64,000 bases of DNA from an uncultured Candidatus Binatia bacterium. GTDB taxonomy: Bacteria; Desulfobacterota; Binatia; Bin18. Made by a program: the position numbers and the translations under genes. Under the pieces are notes generated by a model that saw only the letters and a program-made list of their open reading frames with translations, was not told the origin of the DNA and ran no database searches. Shown here one piece after another: positions 21,005 to 31,363 of this stretch. Position 1 is the stretch's first letter; every line of letters starts with the position of its first letter. Location of the stretch: NCBI GenBank assembly GCA_965214605.1, contig OZ243961.1, positions 1,760,001 through 1,824,000 on the forward strand. Reading direction: 5' to 3'.

Positions 21005-21693
21005 AGCTGCACTCCCTGCACCACGTGCCGTTCGAGGGCTTGGGTAGTATCGCCGCCTGGGTCCAAGCCCGAGGCCATCAGATCAGCACCAGCCAGCTGT
21101 ATGCGGATGCCTCGCTGCCGCCAGTTGACAGCTTTGACGGCTTGATCGTGATGGGAGGACCGATGGGCGTGGACGACGAGCAAGAGTATCCGTGGCTGGT
21201 GGAAGAGAAGCAGTTCATCAAGCGGGCTATCGCGGCCGGCAAGACCGTCCTCGGAGTATGCTTGGGCGCCCAGCTGCTCGCGTGGGCGTTGGGGGCTCGG
21301 GTGTACCGCAATACAGACAAAGAGATCGGCTGGTTTCCGGTTCAGCTCAGCGATGCAGCGACGGACTCCGCCTTCTTTTCCAAGCTGCCGTCGAGTCTGG
21401 AGGTTTTCCACTGGCACGGCGATACGTTCGACCTGCCGGCCGGTGCGATCCACATCGCCCACAGCCGCGCCTGTCAAAACCAAGCCTTTGTGTTCGACGG
21501 GCGGGTCGTGGGTTTACAGTTTCACCTAGAGACAACCCCACACGCGGCGGCCGAGCTCATTGACCACTGTCGGCACGAAATCGTTCCGGCTCGGTTTATC
21601 CAGAGTGCAGAAGAGATGCTGGCCGATGGAGGGAGGTTTATGGAGATCAACGCCGCAATGGAGCAGGTGTTGGCCGGCTTGGAGCGGGAGTAG
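21001..21693 (+). CDS. Type 1 glutamine amidotransferase
   Basis: MGGPM, GVCLGAQ, HWHGDTF, QFHLE. Confidence 0.92.
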   Translation: MKLHSLHHVPFEGLGSIAAWVQARGHQISTSQLYADASLPPVDSFDGLIVMGGPMGVDDEQEYPWLVEEKQFIKRAIAAGKTVLGVCLGAQLLAWALGARVYRNTDKEIGWFPVQLSDAATDSAFFSKLPSSLEVFHWHGDTFDLPAGAIHIAHSRACQNQAFVFDGRVVGLQFHLETTPHAAAELIDHCRHEIVPARFIQSAEEMLADGGRFMEINAAMEQVLAGLERE

Positions 21694-21740
21694 CTCTCAG
21701 CTGTTCTCCGAAGTCCTCTCCCCGAGGGAGGGAACGAGTG

Positions 21741-22901
21741 CTATATCACTCCGGCCTCTCGCCAGCCCGCAAGGTCTTCAGGCTTATAGCCCAGCAGCCC
21801 ACAGTAGACCTCTTCATTATGATCGCCGGGTTGCGGAATCGTCCCAATAGCCCCAGGTGTATCGGAGTATTTTACGGTCAGACCAGGGACATAGGTCTTG
21901 TCGCCCTGATCCTCAACTTCGACCAACATCTCGCGTTCCCACAAATGCGGGTCTTTGGCCGCTTGGGCAATGGAATGGACCGGCGCAAAGGGCACCTCGG
22001 CCCGCTCAAGGACTGCGCTGACTTCCGCCACTGTTCTCACTTTGACCCACTCGACAACCAACCTGTCAATCTCTTTGATGTGTTTGCTCCGCCCGGCAAT
22101 ACTGGAAAACCGCTCGTCGGTCAGCCAGTCTTCTCGTCCAACGCCCTTACAGAAGCGGCCGAACATATCCTGGGGCACCGCCAAAATATAGATCCAGCCG
22201 TCTTTGGCCTGATAGGCATTGCACGGGGAGATGCCGCCGGGACTGTTGCCGTTTCGCTGGGGTTCTTTGCCGCTCAGCAGGTAGTTGGCAATCGGAATCT
22301 CCATCAGCGTATAGCCCGTATCCAGCAAACACACGTCAAGCGCCTGTCCCCGGCCGGTAACATCCCGGCGGTGTAAGGCTCCGAGTGCGCCAATCGTGGC
22401 GTGCAGAGCGGTAATGCGGTCAATGATAGGCGAGTTGGTCATCACCGGCGGACCGTCGGGAAAGCCGGTAAAGCTCATTAACCCAGACATGGCTTGGCCG
22501 ATCGGGTCATAGGCGGGCCGGTGTTTGTACGGCCCTTCCTGCCCGAAGCCGGACACATTAATCATGATCAGACCCGGATTCAGCCGCTTGAGCGTCTCAT
22601 AGCCCAGCCCCATCGCCGCCATCACTCCCGGTCGGAAGTTCTGGAGCAGCATATCGAACTTGGGCACAAGTTCCTTGATCAGGGCAATCCCTGTTGCGCT
22701 GCGCACGTTGAGCGTGATGCTCTTTTTGCCCCGGTTATAGGCCGACCAGTAGACCTTACCGATGCCGCGGGATTCATCCCCGCCCGGGGCTTCAAGCTTG
22801 ACAACCTCCGCCCCCAAATCTCTCAGAATCATTGCGCAGCGCGGTCCGGCCTGATAGCGTCCCATATCCAAGACTTTGATACCGTCCAAACAGCCCGCCA
22901 T
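21741..22901 (-). CDS. CaiB/BaiF class III CoA-transferase
   Basis: DLGAEVVKLE, NRGKKS, NFRPG, SGFGQEGPY, YD..QAMSG. Confidence 0.95.
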   Translation of the reverse strand: MAGCLDGIKVLDMGRYQAGPRCAMILRDLGAEVVKLEAPGGDESRGIGKVYWSAYNRGKKSITLNVRSATGIALIKELVPKFDMLLQNFRPGVMAAMGLGYETLKRLNPGLIMINVSGFGQEGPYKHRPAYDPIGQAMSGLMSFTGFPDGPPVMTNSPIIDRITALHATIGALGALHRRDVTGRGQALDVCLLDTGYTLMEIPIANYLLSGKEPQRNGNSPGGISPCNAYQAKDGWIYILAVPQDMFGRFCKGVGREDWLTDERFSSIAGRSKHIKEIDRLVVEWVKVRTVAEVSAVLERAEVPFAPVHSIAQAAKDPHLWEREMLVEVEDQGDKTYVPGLTVKYSDTPGAIGTIPQPGDHNEEVYCGLLGYKPEDLAGWREAGVI

Positions 22902-22974
22902 AGTCTTCCCTCCTTAATTGCCGGCTCTCTTCTTGGCCAAGACAACAGCCGACCTCTTCCTGATGAGATGGTCC

Positions 22975-23655
22975 TCATCTTTTAAATCCTAGTCGCGCCA
23001 GCGCTTGTCGTGTTCTGGGTACATCATCCAGTCCGTCGGCCTGTTCTTGTGTATCACGCACCAGCTGGGGCAAATCCTCCGGCCTATCAACATCGTACCA
23101 AGACGGGACCAAGGCCACGGCGTAGCCGTGCTTCCGTGCCTGTTCCAGGGTCTGCTGTAACACTTGTGGTGTACTCCATGCAATGTTTTCAAACAGCGGG
23201 CGGTGCACCTGTCGGGCGCCAACCAGATAGTAGCCGCCGTCACGGCTGGGGCCGAATACCGCGTCACAAGTTGGGTCTTTGAGCCGCACGAAAGCCTCTT
23301 GAACGTGCGCCACGGGCAAGGTCGGCACATCGCTGCCGATGATAAGGGCGCGCGAAAAGCCGGCCTTCAGCATATCGCTCAGCACATTGATCTGGCGCTC
23401 GCCAAGAGAGGCACCGCGTTGGGGTCGATATCGGACCGGGAAGGGAATCAAGGATCGAAAGAGGGGTTCGCTGTCGGCCGGCGTAATGGCTACGAACACC
23501 TCAACCGCTTCCAGCCGACACATCCGCTCAACGGTATCGAGTAAAAAACACCGAAATAAGTCGGCCGCATATTCGGGGGTCAGGGGCGGGCACAGACGGG
23601 TTTTAACCTGACCGGCGATCGGCGCTTTGGCAAAAATAGCAAGGGCGTTCGACAT
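22975..23655 (-). CDS. DUF2064/TIGR04282-family glycosyltransferase-like protein
   Basis: FAKAP..GQVKTRL, QRG.SLGER, IGSD.P, GP..DGGYYL.G, DVD. Confidence 0.88.
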   Translation of the reverse strand: MSNALAIFAKAPIAGQVKTRLCPPLTPEYAADLFRCFLLDTVERMCRLEAVEVFVAITPADSEPLFRSLIPFPVRYRPQRGASLGERQINVLSDMLKAGFSRALIIGSDVPTLPVAHVQEAFVRLKDPTCDAVFGPSRDGGYYLVGARQVHRPLFENIAWSTPQVLQQTLEQARKHGYAVALVPSWYDVDRPEDLPQLVRDTQEQADGLDDVPRTRQALARLGFKR

Positions 23656-23791
23656 CGAGTGGTCCTTGAAGTGGACGATGCTCTTATCTTACTAAGGGGG
23701 TTGTAATCGTCCACTTTTGTAGCGGCTCCGCCCGGCCCGACGCAACTCTTCGCTTGACACGCTCACATTCCCTCAGTATCGTGCCGCCCGC

Positions 23792-24295
23792 ATGGCGGTC
23801 GTGGACGAAATCGTTGGCATTGTAGACGAGCACAACAGGGTGGTTGGCGCTGTCCCGCGCAGTGAAATGCGAGCCAAGCGTCTGCCGCACCGCAGCACCT
23901 ACATCCTAGTGTTTAATTCTCAAGGGCAGCTGTACATCCAAAAGCGGACGATGACCAAGGATGTCTTTCCGGGCTATTACGACCTGGCCACAGGCGGAGT
24001 CGTTCTAGCCGGCGAAAGCTACGAACAGGGGGCTGTCCGCGAACTGGAAGAGGAGCTGGGTATTCAGGGGGTGCCTCTGACCAAGCTGTTTGAGTTTTCC
24101 TTTGAGGACGAGAACAATCATGTCTGGGGCGCCGCCTTCACCTGTGTCTACGACGGACCACTACGCCTACAGGAAGAAGAGGTCGAAAGCATCATCCTGC
24201 TAACGCCGCACGACGCCCTGCGTCACGCCCGGACCGAACCCTATACGCCCGACGGAATATATGTCCTGCGCCGCTACCTCGGCTCGGTCGCATAG
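23792..24295 (+). CDS. NUDIX hydrolase (YfcD/Idi-like)
   Basis: HR.TYI.VFN, QKR...KD..PG..D, GES....A.RELEEELG NUDIX box. Confidence 0.9.
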   Translation: MAVVDEIVGIVDEHNRVVGAVPRSEMRAKRLPHRSTYILVFNSQGQLYIQKRTMTKDVFPGYYDLATGGVVLAGESYEQGAVRELEEELGIQGVPLTKLFEFSFEDENNHVWGAAFTCVYDGPLRLQEEEVESIILLTPHDALRHARTEPYTPDGIYVLRRYLGSVA

Positions 24296-24296
24296 C

Positions 24297-25199
24297 AATG
24301 TGCCTGGAACCTCATACTTCATCCAGCATGTTCCGTTCCGCGACTTGCGTTTGGTACGGCTCGGCGCAGAGGGGACCGAAGTGCGGTCTCTACCAGCGAG
24401 CTTCTCCGCCTCGATTCCGTCGCTTGATGGCCTTGAGGCGGTCGTGGACAGGTCTGCATTGCTGAGCTACGAACGAGCTTCAGAGACGCTAACCGTCCGC
24501 GGCACCCTCGACGAGAAGAATTTCCGCGCTCTGCTCACCTGTTGCGGGGCGGACGAGTATCGCGCCGAGCTTGAGAAACGGCTACGCGACTTACGGGACC
24601 GTTCTTCTCTGTACATCGACGACAACGAATTGTAGGCATTGGAAACCCATTCCCGGCGCATGCGCGGGGAGATTTTCTTCGCGGAGCGCTGGATCGTCGA
24701 AGGGCAGGCCGATTATTTGATCCTGCACGCCCTGGCGCAGACCATGGACTACAATCTCGACCAGCATGGCGTCGCCGTCATCGACGCGCAGAACAATGGC
24801 AACCCGGCCACCTTCGCCGCGCTGGCGCGGGCGTTGGATATTCCGTGGCTAGCAGTGTTCGACGGCGACGAAGCCGGACAGGGGTTTGTGCAGGCAATTG
24901 CCAAGCGCGGATTTAGCGAAGAAGAGTTGAAAAAACGCTGTCGCAAACATCCCGCCGGTGATTTGGAGGCGCAGCTTGTTGCCGACGGGCTCGGGCCGGA
25001 ACTGCGGGAAGTGTTGGCGGCCTTGGACATTCAGGACACGGATAGGCTGAACAACAAAGACCTCGTCGAGCGCTTGCGCAAAAGAAAGACCGCCTATGCG
25101 GCGGAGTTTGCGACCCGTGTTCGTCGAGACGCGGACTTGGCGCAACCTGCTCCTGAGGCGTTTCGCGCCGCTATCGAGCAACTGCGGGGTCTGACCTGA
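24297..25199 (+). pseudogene. OLD-family ATP-dependent nuclease (TOPRIM; GajA-like), 5'-truncated with an internal TAG
   Basis: RGEIFFA..W.VEG..D TOPRIM start, DGD.AG, DLE; in-frame TAG at 24633-24635; ATPase N-terminus absent. Confidence 0.75.
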
Positions 25200-27136
25200 T
25201 GGCTACCCAGCTCGAAACCACTCTGGGCGAACTGTCGGGCATTCAACGCAAGGCCGTCGAGTGGGACGATGGCGCGTTGCTCGTGCTGGCCGGTCCCGGT
25301 TCCGGCAAGACCCGCGTGCTGACTTGCCGGGTCGCCCAACTCCTGGATCGATCGCGGGACGAGCGTTTCCGTGTGCTCGCGCTGACGTTCACGAACAAGG
25401 CTGCCCACGAGATGGCGAGACAGGTGACCGCCATTGCACTCGGGCTCGAGGAGCGTGCCGACATCCTCACCTTCCACAGTTTCTGTGCACAGGTGCTGCG
25501 CCAACATGGCGTGCATCTCGGAATTAAGCCTGACTTCACGATCTACTCACTGACATCCGACCGACAAGCCGTGTTGGACGATGCGATCGGGCGCGAACCA
25601 CAGTATTTCGACCGCGACGATCGCCGTCTCTTGCCCAGAATCGACGCCCTCAAGGCCCGGCTTGTCTGCCCGAAACAGGCTGAAGAGCGAGGCGCCGAAG
25701 CGGACGGCGCGTCGTCCGAGGAAACCTGCCGTTTGGCTCGCGCCTACCGGCTGTACGAGGACGAATTGCGCCGCGCCAACGCCCTGGATTTCAACTCGCT
25801 TATCTTCGAGGCCTACCGCCTCTTTGGATACCCGGCAATGGCCCGGCATTATCGGACCGTCTACCGATACTGGCTGATCGACGAGTTCCAGGATACCAAC
25901 GAGGCCCAATACAAGCTTCTTCTGCGCATGGCAGGCGAAGAGTTCCGCCAGATCTTCGCGGTGGCCGACGACGATCAGACGATCTACGAATGGAACGGTG
26001 CCAACGTCCAGCGGATCAGTACCCTGGTCAAGGACTTCGATTGCGAAGTCATGCAACTGCCGACCAACTTCCGCTGCCCGCCGAGCATCGTCGAGGCCGC
26101 GAATCGCCTCGTCGTATACAATGCCCGGCGCGCCGACGGGAAGCGCCCTGCCGAGCCGGCGCAGCGCAGTCGTTCCCGCGCCAACTATCCGATTCAGTGC
26201 CGCGTGTTCGACACCGATCAGACCGAGGCAGCCGAGATCGCGGCCGACATCGCCGGTCTGGATGTCGACGAGCACGGCCGAACGTTGGTGCTGGCCAGGA
26301 CTCGCGTGTTGCTGGAGTCCATGCGCGACGCCTTGCGGGCTGAAGGGGTGCTTGCGACTATTTTGATGCGCCGCGATGATTTCGTATCCCCCGAGATCCG
26401 GTGGCTGGTTGCCTGCCTGAAGCAGATCAGCCGACCGCTCGACCGGCGCAACCTGGCAGCGCTGGTCGAGGCGTTCGGCAGCTTTGCGGCGCGGCCAGTG
26501 GATTTTGACGACCTGCTGTCTCGCTCGGCGGCGGAGGGCGTTACGTACCTTTCGGCCTGGGTAGATGCTGTGCGAGCGGCCCAGCCTGCGCCTGTCGCCG
26601 ACATCGTCGAGAGGGTTGCCGACTTGGTTGCCGGAAACGTGAAATGGGTGCCCGCGATTCAGCCGATCCTCGAATACTTCAAAAATGGCGAACCCCACGA
26701 CGACCTCAAGGACGATCTGAGCGCCTGGGACAGACTGTGGGGCGAGATCAGCGTGGCGGGCAGAACCACCACACTCAAGCAGTTCCTTCAGGAGTTGGCG
26801 CTGCGCCCCAAGGAACCCGTTCCCGCTGCGGGAGCGGTGTCTCTGGCGACCATCCACGGCGCCAAGGGTCTGGAATTCGACACCGTTTACCTCATCGGCC
26901 TTGCCGAGGAGATCCTGCCCTCCTGGCATAGTGTGAGACAGGGAAACGGCAGCGCCACACTGGAGGAGGAACGCCGCGGCTGCTTCGTCGCCATCACCCG
27001 CACGAAGAAGCGCCTGATTCTGTCGTGGGCGCGGAAATACAAGGGATTTCAGAAACAGCCGTCCCGCTTTCTTGAGGAAATGGGCCTGTTGAGTGGCTTC
27101 CCCGCCCCGGCATTGCAAGGAGAGAAGCCATTTTGA
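25199..27136 (+). CDS. UvrD/Rep-family SF1 helicase (GajB-like)
   Basis: AGPGSGKT, TFTNKAA, DEFQD, ADDDQTIY, NFR, TIHGAKGLEF, EEERR..VAITR; TGATG coupling to the upstream nuclease. Confidence 0.92.
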   Translation: MATQLETTLGELSGIQRKAVEWDDGALLVLAGPGSGKTRVLTCRVAQLLDRSRDERFRVLALTFTNKAAHEMARQVTAIALGLEERADILTFHSFCAQVLRQHGVHLGIKPDFTIYSLTSDRQAVLDDAIGREPQYFDRDDRRLLPRIDALKARLVCPKQAEERGAEADGASSEETCRLARAYRLYEDELRRANALDFNSLIFEAYRLFGYPAMARHYRTVYRYWLIDEFQDTNEAQYKLLLRMAGEEFRQIFAVADDDQTIYEWNGANVQRISTLVKDFDCEVMQLPTNFRCPPSIVEAANRLVVYNARRADGKRPAEPAQRSRSRANYPIQCRVFDTDQTEAAEIAADIAGLDVDEHGRTLVLARTRVLLESMRDALRAEGVLATILMRRDDFVSPEIRWLVACLKQISRPLDRRNLAALVEAFGSFAARPVDFDDLLSRSAAEGVTYLSAWVDAVRAAQPAPVADIVERVADLVAGNVKWVPAIQPILEYFKNGEPHDDLKDDLSAWDRLWGEISVAGRTTTLKQFLQELALRPKEPVPAAGAVSLATIHGAKGLEFDTVYLIGLAEEILPSWHSVRQGNGSATLEEERRGCFVAITRTKKRLILSWARKYKGFQKQPSRFLEEMGLLSGFPAPALQGEKPF

Positions 27137-27445
27137 CGGTCGACGACCGCCGCCAGATCGAGGACTACCTGCCGTTGGATGTGCTGAATGCCATCGCGTC
27201 GAAGGAGAAGAAGCATCCGCGGCGCTACGTGGAGCTGGGTCCACTACTGGCCAGCGCGCCGCCCGATCACCGCGTGCCGGGCCGCCATCTACGCGGCACT
27301 GGCGTCGGCACCGCGCACCGGTGCCGAACGTGAGAAAGCCGCATCCTTCGTCGCCAAGCTCGCCCCCTACGCGCCCGATAGCGCGACGGTCTCCGAGGCG
27401 CGCGAACACATTGAGAAGCTGCACGCCGGACGAACGCCCAAGGGA
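27133..27445 (+). pseudogene. DUF1156-domain DNA methylase, N-terminal fragment
   Basis: IEDYLPL....KEK then (frameshift) VHYWPARRP..ACRAAIYAAL; breaks off at PK, before VLD motif I. Confidence 0.7.
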
Positions 27446-28211
27446 TCCGACGCGCTTCGAGTGCGTTTGCATTGTTCAGGACTTGAGTATCGAACACGAA
27501 TCGGATGATCTGCCGGATGAGAAACAGGGGACGAAAGTTCTCACCGAGGTACTTGATACCACTCCAGACAGTCTGTTCCCGCTTCAAGGTGCGCTCGGTT
27601 ACGAGATTCACCAGACGCTGTTCATAGGCCCGAACTGCTTGGTCGTCGAGGGCACGTCGGACCTGCTGTACCTCCAGGCCATGTCGGCTCTTCTTGAAGA
27701 AGAGGGTAGGACCGGTCTCAGTACCAACTGGACGATTACTCCTGTGGGCGGTGCCGGAAGGGTGCCAACCTTTGTGGCGCTGATTGGTTCGCAAACTCAC
27801 CTGAATGTGGCGGTACTTGTTGATTCGCACGAATGTGATCGGCAGCAAATCGAGAGCCTCTACAAGAGGAAGCTGCTGAAGAAGCAGAAGGCGCTGACCT
27901 ATGTGGATTTCATCCAGGGCGACGAAGCCGATGCTGAGGACTTGTTCAGAGCTGACTTCTACCTGCGCTTGGTGAACGGCGAATTTGGATGCAAGATCCA
28001 GCCTGCTGATTTATGCAGCGGACACCCTCGTATTCTCCGTCGTGTCGAAGAATACCTGACGGAAAATCCGCTTCCGCAGGAAGCACGCTTCAATCACTAC
28101 CGTCCGGCTCGCTACTTCAGCTCGAACATCGAGTCACTCGCAAAGCACTTGAGGGATGAGGAGCTTGTTCGCTTTGAAGAGGTCTTCCGTGCGGTCAACG
28201 CGCTCTTGTAG
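27445..28211 (+). pseudogene. Second OLD/TOPRIM nuclease, C-terminal fragment
   Basis: LFPLQGALGYEI.QTLF....LVVEG.SD, ITPVGG, D.EDLF, FNHYRPA; no start codon or ATPase domain. Confidence 0.7.
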
Positions 28212-28270
28212 CGGGAGACTCCGCTCGCGACCGGGCATCGTGAGACAATGCTTGCGATAAGGGTGCGCCA

Positions 28271-29628
28271 ATGACCTTCGACCAAGTCACGGCCTTGGTG
28301 GCCTCGATCGGCGAGTCCGAAACCCTGGAGTTCAGGGCCACGACCGGAACGCGGCGTGAGGCCGCCGCGACTGTGTGCGCCTTGCTCAACCCAGCGCGGT
28401 GGACATGTTCTGTCCGGGGTGACGCCGGACGGCAGTGTCGTGGGTCAAGCGGGTCAGCGAGCGGACGGTTGAGCAGGTGAGCGCTGAAATCCGACGGATC
28501 GATCCACCCGCGTTTCCGGAGATCGAACGGATTCATATTTCGGGGGATTTGGAAGTGATTGCGGTTCGGGTGAGTCCTGGCGCGTCACCCCCGTATCAGT
28601 ACCGGGGCGCCTCCTACCGGCGTGTCGACAACACGACGCAGGCGATGTCCGCCGAAGAATACAATCGCATGCTCTTCGAGCGCATGTATAACGAGCGACC
28701 TTGGGAGAACCAGCCTGCCGACGGGTGGACAGTGGACGACCTGGACCTCGCGGAGATTCGAAACACGGTTGCGGAAGCCGTCCGGATCGGCCGGCTCAAC
28801 CAACCCAGCAGGATCCAGGGGACTTGCTTCGCGGGTTGGGGCTGCTCCGCGACGGTATCCTGTTTCGGGCCGCCGCAGTGCTGTTCGGGAACGCGGAGCA
28901 CCTCGAAAGCGAAATGCCGCAGTGCCTGCTCCGCGTCGTGCGCTTCCGGGGCCTTGACCGCTCGGAGTTCCTCGACAACCGACACGCCTTTACCCTCCTT
29001 GCGAGCGCTGTGCGCTTTTTGCACGACACGCTCCCCATCGCCAGCCGCTTCGAGTCGAGCCGCATGGCGCGCATCGACGAGCCGCTCTACCCGCCCCTCT
29101 GGCTACGCGGGAGGCGCCGGCGAACGCGTTCTGCCGCCGAGACTATGCTATGGGCGGCGGCTCCGTTGGGCTTGCGGTCTACGACGACCGACTGGAGGTG
29201 ACCTCGACCGGCCCGCTGCACTTCGGGCTGACTCCGGGCAATCTCTTCGGGCCATACGAGTCCCGACGAACCCTCTCATCGCCTACACGTTCTATCGGCG
29301 CGGCATCATCGAGGAATGGGGCCCGGGGACGATCAGAATGGCGGACCTAGCGACCTCGGCGGGGCTGCCCCGTCCCGAGATCGAGGAACGCGGCGACTGC
29401 GTGACGGCGCGCTTCCGGCGCGCCGCCTCAACTAGACGACGGCAAACTGACGAAACAACAGATGACAATCTTGACACTTCTTCATCGGTCCGACGGTGCC
29501 TTGGCGTTTCGGGATATCCGTGCTGTTCTGGAGTCGCAGGCGAACGAGCGGCGATTGCGGGAAGACCTCGCTATTCTCAAGGCGGAGACCACTGGGTTGG
29601 CCGGGGAGCACGCTGGAAACCCCTGTAG
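28271..29628 (+). pseudogene. AlbA_2 (Schlafen-like) + HATPase_c_4 + HTH protein, multiply frameshifted
   Basis: ESETLEF..TTG, VCALLN, QC.LR..RFRG, RDY..GG.V..AVYDDRLEV.S.G.L, NP.IA..FY..G.IE.WG.G across frames. Confidence 0.8.
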
Positions 29629-29640
29629 AATATGGCGTTG

Positions 29641-29670
29641 GCTGATTCCGGCTGATTCCGGCCCATTCCG
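29641..29670. repeat. Three tandem 10-bp repeats
   Basis: GCTGATTCCG GCTGATTCCG GCCCATTCCG. Confidence 0.7.
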
Positions 29671-29899
29671 GAAACCCGCGGGCGACGTTGCACTACAGCG
29701 GGCACCCACGCGTGCGGAGAGGACGCTGCCGACAGATCTATTCACAATCCGAGATCCATGTCTCTGACCTGACCGCACTCGCGCATCGGTGACTCCTGCT
29801 CCTTCGCTGGCTGCGGGAAGCCTGTTCGGCCCTTTTCGCTGCCCGGCCCGGTCCTTTGAGCCGGCTGGCGGTCGCCGCCTTGCAGAGCATTTTTCGCCT

Positions 29900-30379
29900 T
29901 ACCCTCCATCTCCGCGTCGGGAGCATGGTGCGCGCCCATGTCGCGTGATTCTTTCACGAGTACAGACGCAGAATGCCGGGCGGCGCGAATCGAAGTCATG
30001 ACATACTGCGCAACATGTTCGACTGTACCATCGCATGGGGCCATCGGCCCGAAGCCGCCGGGAATCCTTGCACCGGCATCGTCCGCTATCGAAGACCGCC
30101 GCGCGGTCGGCTGCTCGGCGCAGACGACTTGGCGAAGCCCGGCGCGGTCCTTCGGCAGCGCGAAGACGAGAATCTGGTATGCGTCGCGGCGGTGCGTCTG
30201 CTCCTGCTGACCGGGTGCAGCCGGGCGAGATACGCCGCCTGCGCTGGTGCGGGGTCAAGCCGGCCCGGCTCGCCCTGATTGACGCGAAGACGGGACCGAG
30301 GCACGTTCTGCTCGGCGAGGCGGGCGCGGGAGCTGCTGCGTGGCCTCGTCAAAGCAGCGTCTGGAGAAAGGTATTGTGA
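29900..30379 (+). pseudogene. Tyrosine recombinase/integrase fragment
   Basis: PGGANR...LR.MF..A.WG, NPC.GI, VRLLLLTGC, EIRRLRW, L.DAKTGPR.V.L. Confidence 0.75.
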
Positions 30380-30504
30380 ATTTTGAACAATTGGCTCAAC
30401 ATGTTGCTTCTAAGAATATAACCTGCGGTCTCCTTATGTGCTTGGATGCAGTAGCGTACTGATGTGCACCATACACGATAATAGTTGAGGATTGGGGGTA
30501 TTCA

Positions 30505-31359
30505 ATGGATACAGCAACTGCTTATAGCGACTTCACCAAGCGGCTTAAGCTTCTCATTAGCAAGCACCCCGCACTCATCACGACTACCCTAAGCAATATA
30601 TTCACCATGCGCTTGATCGGAAATAAGACGCATGGGGATTTGGCAGAAATCGCTATTTCTGAGTTTATCAATCAATACATGTACGACTTTCGATCAATTC
30701 ATGTAGGGAAAGACCTGTACCGAGCGAAATCGCAAGAGGAAGATATCAAGATCACAAACGAGATAACAAATATTGAGTTTCCGGTTAGCCTGAAGGCGTA
30801 TGGTGATGGGCCGTTACAATTGTCTACAGATAAGACCTTCTCGATGTTTCCACTTCTGGAGCAAGAGAAAAATGCAGATGGTGAGATAGCTGGAAAAAAT
30901 AGAATAAGAAAACTATTAGATAATCAGGTATTTTCAGATTTCGGGGACATAAATGTATTGCCTCTAATCTATGACGAAAAATCGAAGCGCTGCAATATCC
31001 TAGTATTCGACTATAGTCTTGCTCGTGACTCTATAGTGCGAATTGTTCGTGAAGAGGCGGGCCGTGGACGGAAGCATCCAGTCTACGAGTTCTATGGCGG
31101 GAACGATGATTACATTTGTGAAGTGCGGTACGGCGATACCACCGCAAATGCCCTTCAGCGGGGTCTTTGGACGCATACCAAGAATGGGCGTCAGTTCTTC
31201 AATAGTGTAACTGGCGGTTGGATTGATTACTCACATAACCGATTGTTGGTATCTCTGTTCTCCCACGCACTCGTGTCATCCGAAAAAGGCCACACTGCGG
31301 CACTTGAGGAGATTAAGAAGAATATCTTACAAATGAAGCAGCAAGCCGGAATGGGGTAA
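30505..31359 (+). CDS. Putative type II restriction endonuclease
   Basis: Intact AT-rich 284-aa ORF with a G.LAE helix and a EDI...SLK PD-(D/E)XK-like core, 4 nt upstream of a DNA methylase. Confidence 0.6.
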   Translation: MDTATAYSDFTKRLKLLISKHPALITTTLSNIFTMRLIGNKTHGDLAEIAISEFINQYMYDFRSIHVGKDLYRAKSQEEDIKITNEITNIEFPVSLKAYGDGPLQLSTDKTFSMFPLLEQEKNADGEIAGKNRIRKLLDNQVFSDFGDINVLPLIYDEKSKRCNILVFDYSLARDSIVRIVREEAGRGRKHPVYEFYGGNDDYICEVRYGDTTANALQRGLWTHTKNGRQFFNSVTGGWIDYSHNRLLVSLFSHALVSSEKGHTAALEEIKKNILQMKQQAGMG

Positions 31360-31363
31360 GAAA

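Noticed and set aside
25547-27472. 641-aa minus-strand ORF
   Set aside because: Antisense shadow of the GC-rich UvrD gene.
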